Of a stretch of DNA of 64,000 nt, positions 30,316 through 40,829 are shown in pieces. Each line of letters begins with the position of its first letter. The stretch's first letter is position 1. Made by a program: the position numbers and the translations under genes. Source of the stretch: an uncultured Poribacteria bacterium (GTDB lineage Bacteria; Poribacteria; WGA-4E; WGA-3G); the NCBI GenBank assembly GCA_951813565.1, contig OX638351.1, forward strand, positions 1,664,001 to 1,728,000, read 5' to 3'. The notes below the pieces were generated by a model. The model was not told where the DNA came from. It did not search any database and was given only the letters and a program-made list of their open reading frames with translations.

Positions 30316-31341
30316 ATGGTTTTTGTTGCAATTATTGCTGTTTGTATTCTGCTATTTTTAATCGTTGTTGGATGGTTCGTTCCACTTGGATTGTGGATTA
30401 CTGCAATTGCAGCGGGAGTTAAAGTCGGTATTTTTGACCTCGTAGCGATGCGTTTACGTCGTGTGCCACCCAACCAAATTGTTGAACCACAAATTAACGC
30501 AACTAAGGCAGGGTTAAGTCTTTCGCTTGATGATCTTGAGGCACATCTCCTCGCGGGTGGACGTGTAGGAAGTGTTGTTGCTGCACTCATCGCCGCAGAT
30601 AAAGCGAACATTGACCTTGAATTCGCACAAGCCGCCGCTATTGATTTAGCAGGTAGGGATGTCTTACAAGCTGTACAGGTCAGTGTTACACCAGAAATTA
30701 TTGATATTCCAAGCCAAGAGGATCCAAACAGCGGCATTACTGCGGTTGCGCGCGATGGAATCCAACTCATTGTCAAAGCACGCGTCACCGTTAGAGCAAA
30801 CATTGATCGCCTCGTCGGTGGTGCTACCGAAGATACCATACGTGCAAGGGTCGGCGAAGGTATTATCACAACGATCGGGTCTTCCGGGAACCATAAACAA
30901 GTTTTGGAAAACCCAGTACGAATCTCTGAAACAGTGCTTGAAAAAGGGCTTGAGGCTGGAACCGCCTTTGAAATTTTGTCTATTGATATCGCTGACATCA
31001 ATGTTGGTGAGAACGTTGGGGCAAAATTACAAACCGATCAGGCACAAGCTGAGCTTAAGATAGCACGCGCAAAAGCGGAAGAGCAACGCGCACGTGCAGA
31101 AGCGGAAGAAGAAGAAAATAAGGCACTTGTTGAAGAAATGACAGTGAAATTGATTGCAGCGGAAGCTGAAATTCCGCTTTCTATCTCAGATGCATTTAAT
31201 TCAACAAGGATGAGTGTGATGGATTATTACACGCTTCGCAATATCCTTGCAGATACTGAAATGCGTCAATCCATCGCCTCACCAGGTGGTCCTGAAGACG
31301 GAGACACAACCCGATCTTCTCATTCCTTGGGGCTCTCATAA
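30316..31341 (+). CDS. floA: Flotillin-like protein FloA, second paralog
   Basis: Same motifs plus VMDYY and ADTEMR C-terminal segment. Confidence 0.92.
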   Translation: MVFVAIIAVCILLFLIVVGWFVPLGLWITAIAAGVKVGIFDLVAMRLRRVPPNQIVEPQINATKAGLSLSLDDLEAHLLAGGRVGSVVAALIAADKANIDLEFAQAAAIDLAGRDVLQAVQVSVTPEIIDIPSQEDPNSGITAVARDGIQLIVKARVTVRANIDRLVGGATEDTIRARVGEGIITTIGSSGNHKQVLENPVRISETVLEKGLEAGTAFEILSIDIADINVGENVGAKLQTDQAQAELKIARAKAEEQRARAEAEEEENKALVEEMTVKLIAAEAEIPLSISDAFNSTRMSVMDYYTLRNILADTEMRQSIASPGGPEDGDTTRSSHSLGLS

Positions 31342-31363
31342 ATAACTTCTAAAGGAGAAACTG

Positions 31364-31840
31364 ATGGGATTTGATCTGGAAGCACTAATTCCTATAATTA
31401 TCTTTCTACTTATAATGATATTTGGAGGAATGCGCCGTCGGAAAACTGACCAACGCCCAGCTGAAAACAACCAAAGTCAAACTGAAAACATGAGTGAGGT
31501 TGATACGGCTCAAGAAAGTGAAACTGTATTTCCGCCATTTATGGAAAATTTTGAGGGTTTTCCCTCTGAACCAGAAATGGTGGAGGAAACTGTGGAAAAC
31601 ACCGAAGCGGATATGCCAATGGTTGCGGCGCAATCTGAACCAGAACCCGTTCAAGAACCAGCACCTGAAAGAAAACCTATAGAACCGCCACCGATCCCAG
31701 TGGATTCTCGGACTCCGCTGCCAACGAAACCGTTACCTATAACTTCTCTGATTGATCCGTCTCCCGAAACATTTCGTCAAGGTATCATTCTTGCTGAAAT
31801 CCTCGGGAAACCTAAGACACTGCGAATGAGGAGAAGGTAA
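31364..31840 (+). CDS. Small membrane protein, YqfB-like (flotillin operon)
   Basis: N-terminal TM, acidic/Pro-rich linker, C-terminal RQGIILAEILGKPK. Confidence 0.7.
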   Translation: MGFDLEALIPIIIFLLIMIFGGMRRRKTDQRPAENNQSQTENMSEVDTAQESETVFPPFMENFEGFPSEPEMVEETVENTEADMPMVAAQSEPEPVQEPAPERKPIEPPPIPVDSRTPLPTKPLPITSLIDPSPETFRQGIILAEILGKPKTLRMRRR

Positions 31841-31866
31841 ACATATAGAAACGCAAAACAGTTCTT

Positions 31867-32127
31867 ATACCATTTCTAATTGATCGCCTTTCATTAACAA
31901 AAAACGCGTTTGTAGTCGCGCAATTCATTGCCAAATCAACGCCAAATGCGCGTTTGGCATTTGGCGCCTCGGACATTCTTCAACTCAGCTTGAACCGATA
32001 ATTTCAAAATGATGTTTCATCTTTTAAAAATGGTATTATACCAAATTACCCTAAATCGTAGGGGCGGGTCTCTGTGCCCGCCCTTACCATCGGCAGTGAA
32101 AACAATACAATTCTCGTTAATTTGGTA
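31867..32127. repeat. Adjacent TIR-bounded mini elements with GTAG hairpins
   Basis: Same end pairs as 15088-15377; gtagtcgcgcaattcattg and gtaggggcgggtctctgtgcccgccc cores. Confidence 0.7.
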
Positions 32128-32160
32128 TTAGATACTCACAATATAGATCGAGGACTACGT

Positions 32161-32622
32161 ATGGATTATAATCTGTGGTCAAGGGTGATTCTACCACTGA
32201 CAATATTGATTTTCATAATTTACGTAATCATCTCAAGTAATAGAGAATATAAGAAGATAGAACGGAAGAAATTAGAAGCCAAAAATGAGATGGGTACGCC
32301 TGTTAATAAAGAAAATGTGCTTCCGCCCTTTATGGAGAATTTTGAGGAATTTCGCTCTGGTACAGAATTAGCACATGAAACTCAGGAGAGTGCTGAAGCA
32401 GATGTCCTAATGGTAACTGAGCAATCTGAACCTGTTTATGAGCCAGTACCTGATATAAAACCAATAGTCCCGCCATCCATTCCTATAGATTCTCCTGGAC
32501 GACTGTCAACGAAATCAATGCCTGCGACCTCTCTGATCGATTTCTCTCCTCAAACGTATCGTCGGGGGATTATTCTGGCAGAAATCCTCGGCAGACCTAA
32601 AGGACTACATCGTAGAACGTAG
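32161..32622 (+). CDS. YqfB-like paralog
   Basis: PPFMENFE and RRGIILAEILGRPK shared with 31364-31840; GAGGA RBS before ATG 32161. Confidence 0.7.
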   Translation: MDYNLWSRVILPLTILIFIIYVIISSNREYKKIERKKLEAKNEMGTPVNKENVLPPFMENFEEFRSGTELAHETQESAEADVLMVTEQSEPVYEPVPDIKPIVPPSIPIDSPGRLSTKSMPATSLIDFSPQTYRRGIILAEILGRPKGLHRRT

Positions 32623-32726
32623 TAACTTTACAGGCCTTTTGTCCGTAGTCTTAAGTTTGGTTTGAGGTTACGGACATTTTTAGTATCTTCGCGAACTGCG
32701 TCCGACAAGAAGATAGGTTTAGAAAA

Positions 32727-34874
32727 ATGTCTCGTCATATTTTTCAGTATACCGCTATTGTCCTATTTCTTTTATTTTTTCTTTCTTGTGCGCAACAACA
32801 CCCTGAGGTATCAACCAAACAAGATGCTGTTGAAGTAGAGATTCCGCCTTATGCGCGCCACCTCAAAGGTTTTAAAATTTGTCTTGATCCAGGGCATGGT
32901 GGCCAAGGACACGTCCCAGATTACAAACGCGGTCCAACAGGTCTCCGCGAAGCTGAGATCAACCTAAAGGTTGCATTCTACCTAAAAAAGATGTTGGAAC
33001 AGGCAGAGGCGACCGTCATCATGACTCGCGTTGACGATTCTTATGTCAGCCTACCAGAACGCGGTCAAATTGCTAACGAAAATCACGCCGATTTCTTCAT
33101 ATCGCTACACCATAATGGAATTGATAATAATCCAGAAATAAACTATACTTCAACGTGGTATCACGGTGATGCTGACGACTCCCGCCCAAGTTTAGACCTT
33201 GCGCGCTATATCCAACAAGGTGTTTCAGATGCCTTGCGTTTGCCCAAATCTGCGTCAACAGGTCTATATTCCGATAAGTTAATCGTTGCATCAGGTTTCG
33301 GTGTTTTACGGTTGACAGAATGCCCTGCAGTTGTATGTGAAGCATCTTTTTATACGAATCCAGAAGAAGAGGCAAGACTGAAAAATGATGATTACCTCAA
33401 AAAAGAGGCGTACGGGTATTTTCTCGGTATTGCCCGCTATGTTGAAGCAGGGTTTCCAAAAGGTATTCTGATAACTCCCAAACATGAATCTGTTATACAA
33501 ACCAAAACACCTACGCTTAAGATTCAGGTGCAGGATGGCTTGCACGAACGTGGTGCGTGGATGCTTAAACGTCAGCAGATTTTTACCAATTCTATTCAGG
33601 TCAAAATCGATAATGTGAACGTGCCGTTCAAATACGACAGTGATACGGATATAATCACTGTCCACATCAAAGAACCATTGTCAAACGGTATCCATTTAGT
33701 CCAAACAGAACTGGTAAACTATTATGGGAATCATAGTTTACCGAAGCCACAGCAATTTAAGGTCGCACCACCAGCGGTGAAACTACAGTTGAGCGCATGG
33801 ACAGATAGCCTACCCTATGACGACAGAAGCTACGTAGGCATCACTGTAACCGCTCTTGACGCTGATGGCATGCCGATTGCAGATGACGAGATAATCAAAG
33901 CAAAAACTACCAACGGCACCCTCACTGATACCAAAAATCTTTCAAAAGGTGGCACTTCACACTTTTATCTGCATGCTCTTGAAAAATCCGGCACTGCGAC
34001 AGTGGAAGCAGCCTACGGTCAGACTCGCAATTCGCTAAAAATCAACTTCACGGACATTAGCAATGGGATTTTACAAGGACAAGTTTCTGATGCAAATTCT
34101 GGCGCCTCAATTCCTGGTGTTCAATTGCGCGCCGATCCTGAGTTAACTGCTACTACAGATGCTGAGGGACACTACTTCATTAAAACCAATTCCATATTAA
34201 AAAAATCGCTTGAAACAATACTACACCTTTCAAAACCCGGGTTTTATCCCGATAAACATCAAATCCGCATAGAACCGAATAAAGCAACAATAGTCAATGC
34301 GAAACTTCACGCTATTGCTGATGGCGCTTTTGCCAAAACTGTTCTCGTCCTTGACTCACAGACAGATACGCCTAAAACCCGTCAACTCATTACAAAGTTG
34401 AAAGAGATGTTGGAACTTGCTGGGGCAAAGGTTTACGATGTTCATACACCCGGACAAAAAGTTTCTACAGAAAAACGAATTGAGACTGTTAACAATATCA
34501 AAGATGAAGGATATTACCTACAAATAAACCACATCACACGACGTAAAGGTAAACCTGCAGTTGTTGCTGCACATAACCGCGGCAACCAAGGCACGGAGAC
34601 GTTTCAAAAACGGATACTTGAACAATTCAACCAAAAACTATTTGAGACACCAATTATCACCGTGCAGGACAGAGAAACACCTGTAATTCAACATACAAAC
34701 AAAATGGCGATGACACTTGAAATCCGAACTTTAGATTATCCTGATTCCAGCGCTTTGCAAGAAGCGTCCGCTATTTTCATCGGTGCGTGGCTTTTCCTAA
34801 AAGAGAAAACGGAGATTGATACGGAAAAATTAGAACGTTTCATGTTATACTTAAACAAGGTGCCAGGTGAATGA
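32727..34874 (+). CDS. Lipoprotein N-acetylmuramoyl-L-alanine amidase (Amidase_3), multidomain
   Basis: Lipobox FLSC; DPGHGG, REAEIN, SLHHN, CEASF. Confidence 0.88.
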   Translation: MSRHIFQYTAIVLFLLFFLSCAQQHPEVSTKQDAVEVEIPPYARHLKGFKICLDPGHGGQGHVPDYKRGPTGLREAEINLKVAFYLKKMLEQAEATVIMTRVDDSYVSLPERGQIANENHADFFISLHHNGIDNNPEINYTSTWYHGDADDSRPSLDLARYIQQGVSDALRLPKSASTGLYSDKLIVASGFGVLRLTECPAVVCEASFYTNPEEEARLKNDDYLKKEAYGYFLGIARYVEAGFPKGILITPKHESVIQTKTPTLKIQVQDGLHERGAWMLKRQQIFTNSIQVKIDNVNVPFKYDSDTDIITVHIKEPLSNGIHLVQTELVNYYGNHSLPKPQQFKVAPPAVKLQLSAWTDSLPYDDRSYVGITVTALDADGMPIADDEIIKAKTTNGTLTDTKNLSKGGTSHFYLHALEKSGTATVEAAYGQTRNSLKINFTDISNGILQGQVSDANSGASIPGVQLRADPELTATTDAEGHYFIKTNSILKKSLETILHLSKPGFYPDKHQIRIEPNKATIVNAKLHAIADGAFAKTVLVLDSQTDTPKTRQLITKLKEMLELAGAKVYDVHTPGQKVSTEKRIETVNNIKDEGYYLQINHITRRKGKPAVVAAHNRGNQGTETFQKRILEQFNQKLFETPIITVQDRETPVIQHTNKMAMTLEIRTLDYPDSSALQEASAIFIGAWLFLKEKTEIDTEKLERFMLYLNKVPGE

Positions 34875-35881
34875 CGGTGCACATCGCTTCGAAAATCACC
34901 CAACTGCAACTCAATCATCCGTTCAAGATTTCCCGCCGGGAGACAGACGCATACCGGGAAGTAATCTCTGTAGAAATAGATGACGGTATCGGTGAAGCTG
35001 CCCCCGCAAAATTCTATGGTGAAACTGTTCAGACAGTAGAAAAAGCATTAGGAACCCTCTCCTCAGCACTTGACGGTAACCTTGACGAAATTCAAGATGT
35101 GATGGCAGGGATTGAATCAACGCTGGATGGCAACTACGCTGCAAAATCTGCCATTGATATGGCGCTTCATGATAGGTTGGGCAAAAAACTCGGTGTACCG
35201 CTTTACAAACTCTGGGGTCTCAACCCACACAAAACACCATGCACCTCGTTTACAATCGGTCTTGATGAACCAGCAGTTATGGCGGAAAAAGTACTACAAG
35301 CAGAAGCGTATCCGATTCTCAAAGTGAAGTTGGGCACACCGCGCGATATTGAGATATTTCAAACACTACGAAACGTCACAGATAAACCGATCTACGTTGA
35401 TGCTAACACGGCATGGACACCGAAAGAGGCTGTTAAGAAAATCCGTCAGCTTGCACAGTACGGTGTAGCGTTAATTGAACAACCTACAAAACCTGATGAT
35501 ATAGCAGGAATCAAATATGTCCGCGAACATTCAGAATTACCGATTATTGCAGATGAAAGTGTCAAGCGGGCAAGTGATATTCCTGCACTGGTAAATGCTG
35601 TAGATGGGATTAACATAAAATTAGTCAAATGCGGCGGCATTTTAGAAGCAATTCGGATGATACACACCGCTCGCGCGCACGGTTTGCTTGTTATGATCGG
35701 TTGTATGATAGAGAGTTCCCTCGGCATCACAGCTGCAGCCCACTTAACACCGCTTGTAGACTATGCAGATTTAGACGGAAATCTGCTAATATCAAACGAT
35801 CCTTACATCGGTGTTACCCTTGAGAATGGCAAGTTGATTTTACCAGATCGTCCTGGCATCGGGGTCTTAACAACAACGTAG
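34871..35881 (+). CDS. Dipeptide (L-Ala-D/L-Glu) epimerase, enolase superfamily
   Basis: KVKLG, VDANTAW, IEQP, ADES, INIKLVKCGG, GCMIES, DLDG. Confidence 0.9.
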   Translation: MTVHIASKITQLQLNHPFKISRRETDAYREVISVEIDDGIGEAAPAKFYGETVQTVEKALGTLSSALDGNLDEIQDVMAGIESTLDGNYAAKSAIDMALHDRLGKKLGVPLYKLWGLNPHKTPCTSFTIGLDEPAVMAEKVLQAEAYPILKVKLGTPRDIEIFQTLRNVTDKPIYVDANTAWTPKEAVKKIRQLAQYGVALIEQPTKPDDIAGIKYVREHSELPIIADESVKRASDIPALVNAVDGINIKLVKCGGILEAIRMIHTARAHGLLVMIGCMIESSLGITAAAHLTPLVDYADLDGNLLISNDPYIGVTLENGKLILPDRPGIGVLTTT

Positions 35882-35929
35882 AAAAGAAAATACATCGTCA
35901 AGACATACGAGTCTTCGTCAAAAATCAAT

Positions 35930-36862
35930 ATGGCAGAAAATATAGAACAGTGTACATCTACTGAATCATCAGTCCCGCGCGGGCAATACGACATCGTGTC
36001 AAAAAACGTTATTCAACAAAATCCTGAGGACTGGATTCAGTTTGGCCTCGGCATCTCAGAGGCACGGGTTATTGAAGTTCTCAATACTGAGCAACCGACT
36101 GTCAAATCAAATCGTGCCGATAGTTTTATACATGCAAACGTTCACGGCAAAAATGCCGTTATACATTTTGAGATTCAGACACGTGACAGTACGGAGATTC
36201 CTATGCCATACCGAGTAGCAGGCTACGCGGGAAGAGGTATTGAAACCTTTGGAATGCCGGTCTATTCACATGTTATCTATCTGCATCCGGATGCAGGTCG
36301 CAATGACCCAGGGCAATACGTTCAAGAGATGCACGGATACAACATCTTAATACAATACAAGGTGATTAGACTATGTGAATTAGACGGACAAAACTTCCTG
36401 GATGCTAAACTAAAAGGCTTAATTCCATTCGCGCCTCTTATGAAGCCACCAGAAAACGTGGATTCTAAGGAGTGGTTACGGCAATGTGTTCAGATCGCTA
36501 AATCTGTACTGCAAGACGAATCACAACAAGCGAATTATCTTACCAACCTTGGTATTTTGGGTGGAATAATATTAGACTACGAAACCATTCGTGATATTAT
36601 ATTGGAGGAAACCATGCAAGAATCATCTGTTATCCAACACTTCACACAACAAGGTATTGAACAAGGTATTGAACAAGGAGTGCGCAAAGGCACTATTGAG
36701 GCTATACTTGATGTGCTTGAGGAACAATTTCAATCCAATGATGTTCAGACTTTAAAGCTTGTACTTGAAAACATTGAAGAACTGCAACGTCTTAAGCAAT
36801 TGCTTCGCGAGGCAGCACGGGCAAACAGTCTTGAGGCATTCAAACAAACGTTAGAGGGATAG
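35930..36862 (+). CDS. Rpn/PD-(D/E)XK-like protein
   Basis: RADS..HFEIQ..MPYR motif and QQGIEQGIEQG tail. Confidence 0.7.
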   Translation: MAENIEQCTSTESSVPRGQYDIVSKNVIQQNPEDWIQFGLGISEARVIEVLNTEQPTVKSNRADSFIHANVHGKNAVIHFEIQTRDSTEIPMPYRVAGYAGRGIETFGMPVYSHVIYLHPDAGRNDPGQYVQEMHGYNILIQYKVIRLCELDGQNFLDAKLKGLIPFAPLMKPPENVDSKEWLRQCVQIAKSVLQDESQQANYLTNLGILGGIILDYETIRDIILEETMQESSVIQHFTQQGIEQGIEQGVRKGTIEAILDVLEEQFQSNDVQTLKLVLENIEELQRLKQLLREAARANSLEAFKQTLEG

Positions 36863-36873
36863 GAGAGCTTAAA

Positions 36874-37587
36874 ATGACAAAACCGAACCGAAATGTCCTT
36901 ATCACTGGTGGAACTGGTATTTTAGGTAGTGCTGTCACCAAAGCCTTCCTTGCCCAAGGCGACACCGTTGTAGTTACATATCTGTTTGATAATGAGGTAG
37001 AACGTTTCAAACAACATAACCCTGAACTTAGCGAAGATGTTACCTTCCTATTTGCAAACGTCACTGAAGAACCAGAAGTGCAGAAAACTATACAAACTTT
37101 CATAACACAATTCGGTCATCTGGATATTTTGGTGAATATTGTTGGCGGATTTGTTGGAGGAATTCTGACAGCCGAACTTGAAACGGATCGATGGGATTTC
37201 CTGATGAACCTCAATCTTAAATCTGTTTTTCTCTGTTGCAAAACGGTGATTCCGCACATGACGGAGCGTGGTTTCGGCAAGATTGTTAATGTCTCCGCCC
37301 GTGCAGGACTAAAAGGTGAGGCAGGATTGAGTGCTTACTGTGTCTCAAAAGGTGGTGTGCGCACTTTAACTGAAGCATTAGCTGCTGAGGTAATGGATTC
37401 TGGTATCAACGTCAATGCTATTATGCCGAGTATTATGGACACTCCTGCTAATCGTGAGGCAATGCCGGACGAAGACCATAGCCGGTGGGTAGCTCCTGCC
37501 GATGTTGCAAAAGTGATCTGTTTCCTTACTTCAGATGACTCATCTATAATCAACGGTGCCGCTATACCTGTTTACGGTAGGGCATAG
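36874..37587 (+). CDS. Short-chain dehydrogenase/reductase
   Basis: TGGTGILG, YCVSK (YxxxK). Confidence 0.9.
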   Translation: MTKPNRNVLITGGTGILGSAVTKAFLAQGDTVVVTYLFDNEVERFKQHNPELSEDVTFLFANVTEEPEVQKTIQTFITQFGHLDILVNIVGGFVGGILTAELETDRWDFLMNLNLKSVFLCCKTVIPHMTERGFGKIVNVSARAGLKGEAGLSAYCVSKGGVRTLTEALAAEVMDSGINVNAIMPSIMDTPANREAMPDEDHSRWVAPADVAKVICFLTSDDSSIINGAAIPVYGRA

Positions 37588-37659
37588 CGTGTTTTGCCTT
37601 AAAAAATGTCCACCCACAACATGCACACATGAAACACCCAAATTCTGAGCATACACCGG

Positions 37660-38167
37660 TCGCCCGGCGCGCTTAAATGAAGATTAATTTTTTAATTCGG
37701 TAATTTCTTGTTAGGTATATTCTGAATATGTCAAACGCTCTTCAGTCCCGCTGAATGCCATAAAGGCATTCATAGCGTTGATTTTGTAGGGACTAAGGAA
37801 AATACCGAATTTATTTTTTTATCTTCATAAAAGCGCGCCTACCAGTAGATGACAACACCTAATTATATTTCACCACATTCTCAACTTCTTAAATAAATGA
37901 GGGGTGTGCATAAATAATTTCGATGTTAAATATGCGCTTAAAGGTAGTCCGCACACGCCGTGGGTTTCCGTCCACAAGTTCAAAGAGGCGCAGCATGCCA
38001 CACGGGGAATGCCATAAGGCATTCGGACCCGGTGAATGCCATAAGGCATTCATACCGTTGATTTGGCAATGAATTGCGCGACTACAAACGCGTTTCTATA
38101 AATCAAGCGGCACCTGGCGTCTGTCCCTGTCTGTGTTGATGCACCAAATATTTATGCACACCCCTCA
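37660..38167. repeat. Nested mini elements (family B 37677-37828; gaggggtgtgcataaata-ended element 37898-38167)
   Basis: Inverted terminal pairs with internal GTAG-REP and gttgattt hairpin modules. Confidence 0.7.
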
Positions 38168-38181
38168 AATAAATTCCCTAT

Positions 38182-38220
38182 TGCTAAAAAAATAAGATTT
38201 TTCTGCTTAAAAAATAAGCA
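38182..38220. promoter_or_regulatory. Candidate tandem enhancer-binding-protein (NtrC-like) sites
   Basis: tgctaaaaaaataagat and tgcttaaaaaataagca (TGCTTA-N5-TAAGCA), 22 bp apart, upstream of the sigma54 promoter. Confidence 0.45.
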
Positions 38221-38293
38221 ACTTACAATTCAATGATTGTTTTCAATCCTTGAAATTATAGAGAGTGCTTGTTATTAACCATTTCTACGTACT

Positions 38294-38309
38294 TGGCACT
38301 GATTTTGCA
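38294..38309 (+). promoter_or_regulatory. sigma54 (-24/-12) promoter
   Basis: TGGCAC-tgatt-TTGCA, consensus match. Confidence 0.85.
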
Positions 38310-38385
38310 ATAAGTTTTATGTGAGCCTTAATTATGCACTTTTACTTGCATTGTATCGGATTTAGAAAGGTTTAAATTCAATAGA

Positions 38386-38988
38386 ATGGAAACAGTCTCT
38401 AAAACACAGAATCTATTAATCGTTGATGACGATGTGAATCGGATAAATCAGTTAGACCAAGTCTTTGAAGCAAGCAGGTATAATGTCATAGCACACATAC
38501 CGCTCCAGCGCGATCTTCTGCAACGAGTCGAACAGGCTAATCCGGACATCATTCTCATTGGCGCTGACTCGCCTTGTGATGAAACTTTAGACACCGTTGC
38601 ATCAATCAATCAAAATCATCCGTGTCCGATTGTAATGTTTGCACAGGATGAGCGATCCGAGACAATTCAAAACGCTACGTTGGCAGGTGTTTCCGCGTAT
38701 GTTGTGGGTGAACTTAGTAAGGAACGTATTGAAACGATTATTAAGGCGGCTGTTGCGCGTTTTGGAAAGTTTCAAGCATTGCAGCAAGAACTTGAAAAGA
38801 CGAAAACAAGCCTTGCTGAACGCAAAATCATTGAAAGAGCAAAGGAAATTGTTGCGCAGCAACGCGGCACTACCGAGGCAGAAGCATATCAGACTTTGCG
38901 AAAAATGGCAATGAATCGCAGAAAACGCCTCGCAGAAATTGCCCAAGATGTCCTCTCAATTTCGGAAGTATTGACAAACAAGGAGTAG
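38386..38988 (+). CDS. nasT: Receiver-ANTAR antiterminator, NasT-like
   Basis: Receiver fold plus ERKIIERAK...EAEAYQTLRKMAMNRR ANTAR domain; upstream of nitrate genes. Confidence 0.85.
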   Translation: METVSKTQNLLIVDDDVNRINQLDQVFEASRYNVIAHIPLQRDLLQRVEQANPDIILIGADSPCDETLDTVASINQNHPCPIVMFAQDERSETIQNATLAGVSAYVVGELSKERIETIIKAAVARFGKFQALQQELEKTKTSLAERKIIERAKEIVAQQRGTTEAEAYQTLRKMAMNRRKRLAEIAQDVLSISEVLTNKE

Positions 38989-39080
38989 GAACACCTGATC
39001 ACTACATTTTAGATTAAGATAACAGTACTCGTTCAACGTTGAACGCTACTACTGAATTAAAAAGAATATCAAAAACACCC

Positions 39081-39157
39081 AACCAATGTTGGTTAGGTTT
39101 GGACATAGGTGTCCATCTGGCGAAAGCATTACGCTTGCCGATGGGCGCTTTTTGTTT
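39081..39157 (+). promoter_or_regulatory. ANTAR-target tandem hairpins overlapping an intrinsic terminator
   Basis: aacc-AATGTT-ggtt and ggac-ATAGGT-gtcc (A1/G4 hexaloops); second hairpin overlaps stem gtgtccatc/gatgggcgc followed by tttttgtttt. Confidence 0.8.
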
Positions 39158-39247
39158 TAACTATTCATCGGTATTCATAAGATAGCAGATACATATCCAT
39201 GAACAACACTGACTGAAAGTCACATAGGTAAAATAGGAGATTCAAAG

Positions 39248-40801
39248 ATGAACCAACTTGAAAAGAAGAAAACAGTATTGAAGCGAACAAGTGCCCGAAA
39301 AAAGGGAAAACCCAAGCTTCATCCCGCTGAGGCACTCAAACGTGAAAAAAACGGTCTTGAGGTGATAGATGATATTCCACACTACGTTAGGAATGGGTGG
39401 GAATCAATTCCTCCAGAAAAACGCGATAGACTTAAGTGGGTAGGCGTGTTCTACCGGCGACAGACACCAGGTGCTTTTATGATGCGGCTCCGAATGTCAA
39501 GCGGTTTTAGTAATTCAGCGCAATTTCGTACTATCGCCTCAATCAGTGAGGCACACGGTCCAGGCTTTGTTGACCTCACCACTCGTCAGCAGATTCAACT
39601 TCGCGGGTTTACGATTGAAAACGTGCAAAATATCTGGAACCAGCTTGAAGAGGTAGGCTTAAATTCACTTCAAACAGGTTTTGACAATATCCGAGGTGTT
39701 ACAGGTTGTCCTGTTGCTGGACTGACTCCGAATGAATTGTTTGATGCTTCACCTGTCGCAAAAAAGTACACTGATATTATCGTAGGCAATAAGGAATTTA
39801 CCGATCTTCCGCGTAAGTTCAATGTCGGCATTACAGGGTGTTTGGACAATTGCACACACGCAGCGTCTCAGGATATAGCGCTTATTCCTGCTGTTAAAGA
39901 GATTGATGGACAAGAAACAAAAGGTTTCAATGTTTCAGTTGGTGGGAAGATGGGTTCTGGCGGTTACACCCTTGCGGAAGACCTTGATGTGTTTGTTCTA
40001 CCTGAAGATGCTGCGGCGTTGTGTGCCGAAATAACGTTGATTTTTAGAGACCACGGTCCACGCACAGTTCGCAACAAATCTCGGATGGCATTTCTTATTG
40101 CTGACTGGGGAGTGGAAAAGTTTCGTAAGGAGTTAGAGGTTAGTTATCCAAAAACACTTCTACCAGCAGGAAAAGATATGCGTGGCAAGAAAAAAACAGA
40201 TCATACCGGCATTTTCTCACAGAAACAAAAAAACCTTAACTATGTAGGACTTATTGTGCCAGTGGGACGCATAACAACCGCGCAACTTTATGAAGTTGCA
40301 CGCCTTGCTGACCAATATGGCACTGGAGAGATAAGGTTAACCCAAGGACAGAATCTGATTATTCCTAACGTGCCGGATGCAAAAATTGGCGAGTTAACGG
40401 CTGAACCGCTCCTACAAGAACTCCGCTATGATCCGTCAGAAGTTATGCGTGGAATGGTCAGCTGCACAGGTATTGACTACTGCCACTTCTCCCTCATAGA
40501 AACCAAAGAACGCGCAATGGAAGCAATCCGACATTTGGAGGCGAAACTCGGAAATACACAACCTCTTACTGTACACTGGTCGGGATGCCCAAACGGATGC
40601 GGTAACCATGCCGCTGCTGATATTGGACTTCTCGGTAAGAAAACCAAAATCGATGGGGTTGTTACCGATGCAGTAGATGTATTTGTTAAGGGAGATGCAG
40701 GACCAAATCCCAAAATCGGAGCGAAGTTGTTAGAAAACGTACCTTGCGACGATTTGCCGCAGGTACTTGAAGGGCTTGTACCTTATCTTTCAAGAAAATG
40801 A
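39248..40801 (+). CDS. nirA: Ferredoxin--nitrite reductase
   Basis: FMMRLR, TTRQQIQ, LPRKFN..TGC, SCTGIDYC...HWSGCPNGCG siroheme/4Fe-4S motif. Confidence 0.9.
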   Translation: MNQLEKKKTVLKRTSARKKGKPKLHPAEALKREKNGLEVIDDIPHYVRNGWESIPPEKRDRLKWVGVFYRRQTPGAFMMRLRMSSGFSNSAQFRTIASISEAHGPGFVDLTTRQQIQLRGFTIENVQNIWNQLEEVGLNSLQTGFDNIRGVTGCPVAGLTPNELFDASPVAKKYTDIIVGNKEFTDLPRKFNVGITGCLDNCTHAASQDIALIPAVKEIDGQETKGFNVSVGGKMGSGGYTLAEDLDVFVLPEDAAALCAEITLIFRDHGPRTVRNKSRMAFLIADWGVEKFRKELEVSYPKTLLPAGKDMRGKKKTDHTGIFSQKQKNLNYVGLIVPVGRITTAQLYEVARLADQYGTGEIRLTQGQNLIIPNVPDAKIGELTAEPLLQELRYDPSEVMRGMVSCTGIDYCHFSLIETKERAMEAIRHLEAKLGNTQPLTVHWSGCPNGCGNHAAADIGLLGKKTKIDGVVTDAVDVFVKGDAGPNPKIGAKLLENVPCDDLPQVLEGLVPYLSRK

Positions 40802-40829
40802 ATTGGAAATAACGAGCAAATGTAGCTTA

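Noticed and set aside
35930..36862. Rpn-like gene as an insertion sequence
   Set aside because: No terminal inverted repeats or target duplication seen around it.
38140..38158. TGCACC...TGCA as an NtrC box
   Set aside because: Spacing is 19 bp rather than 17 and the right half belongs to a repeat's terminal inverted repeat.
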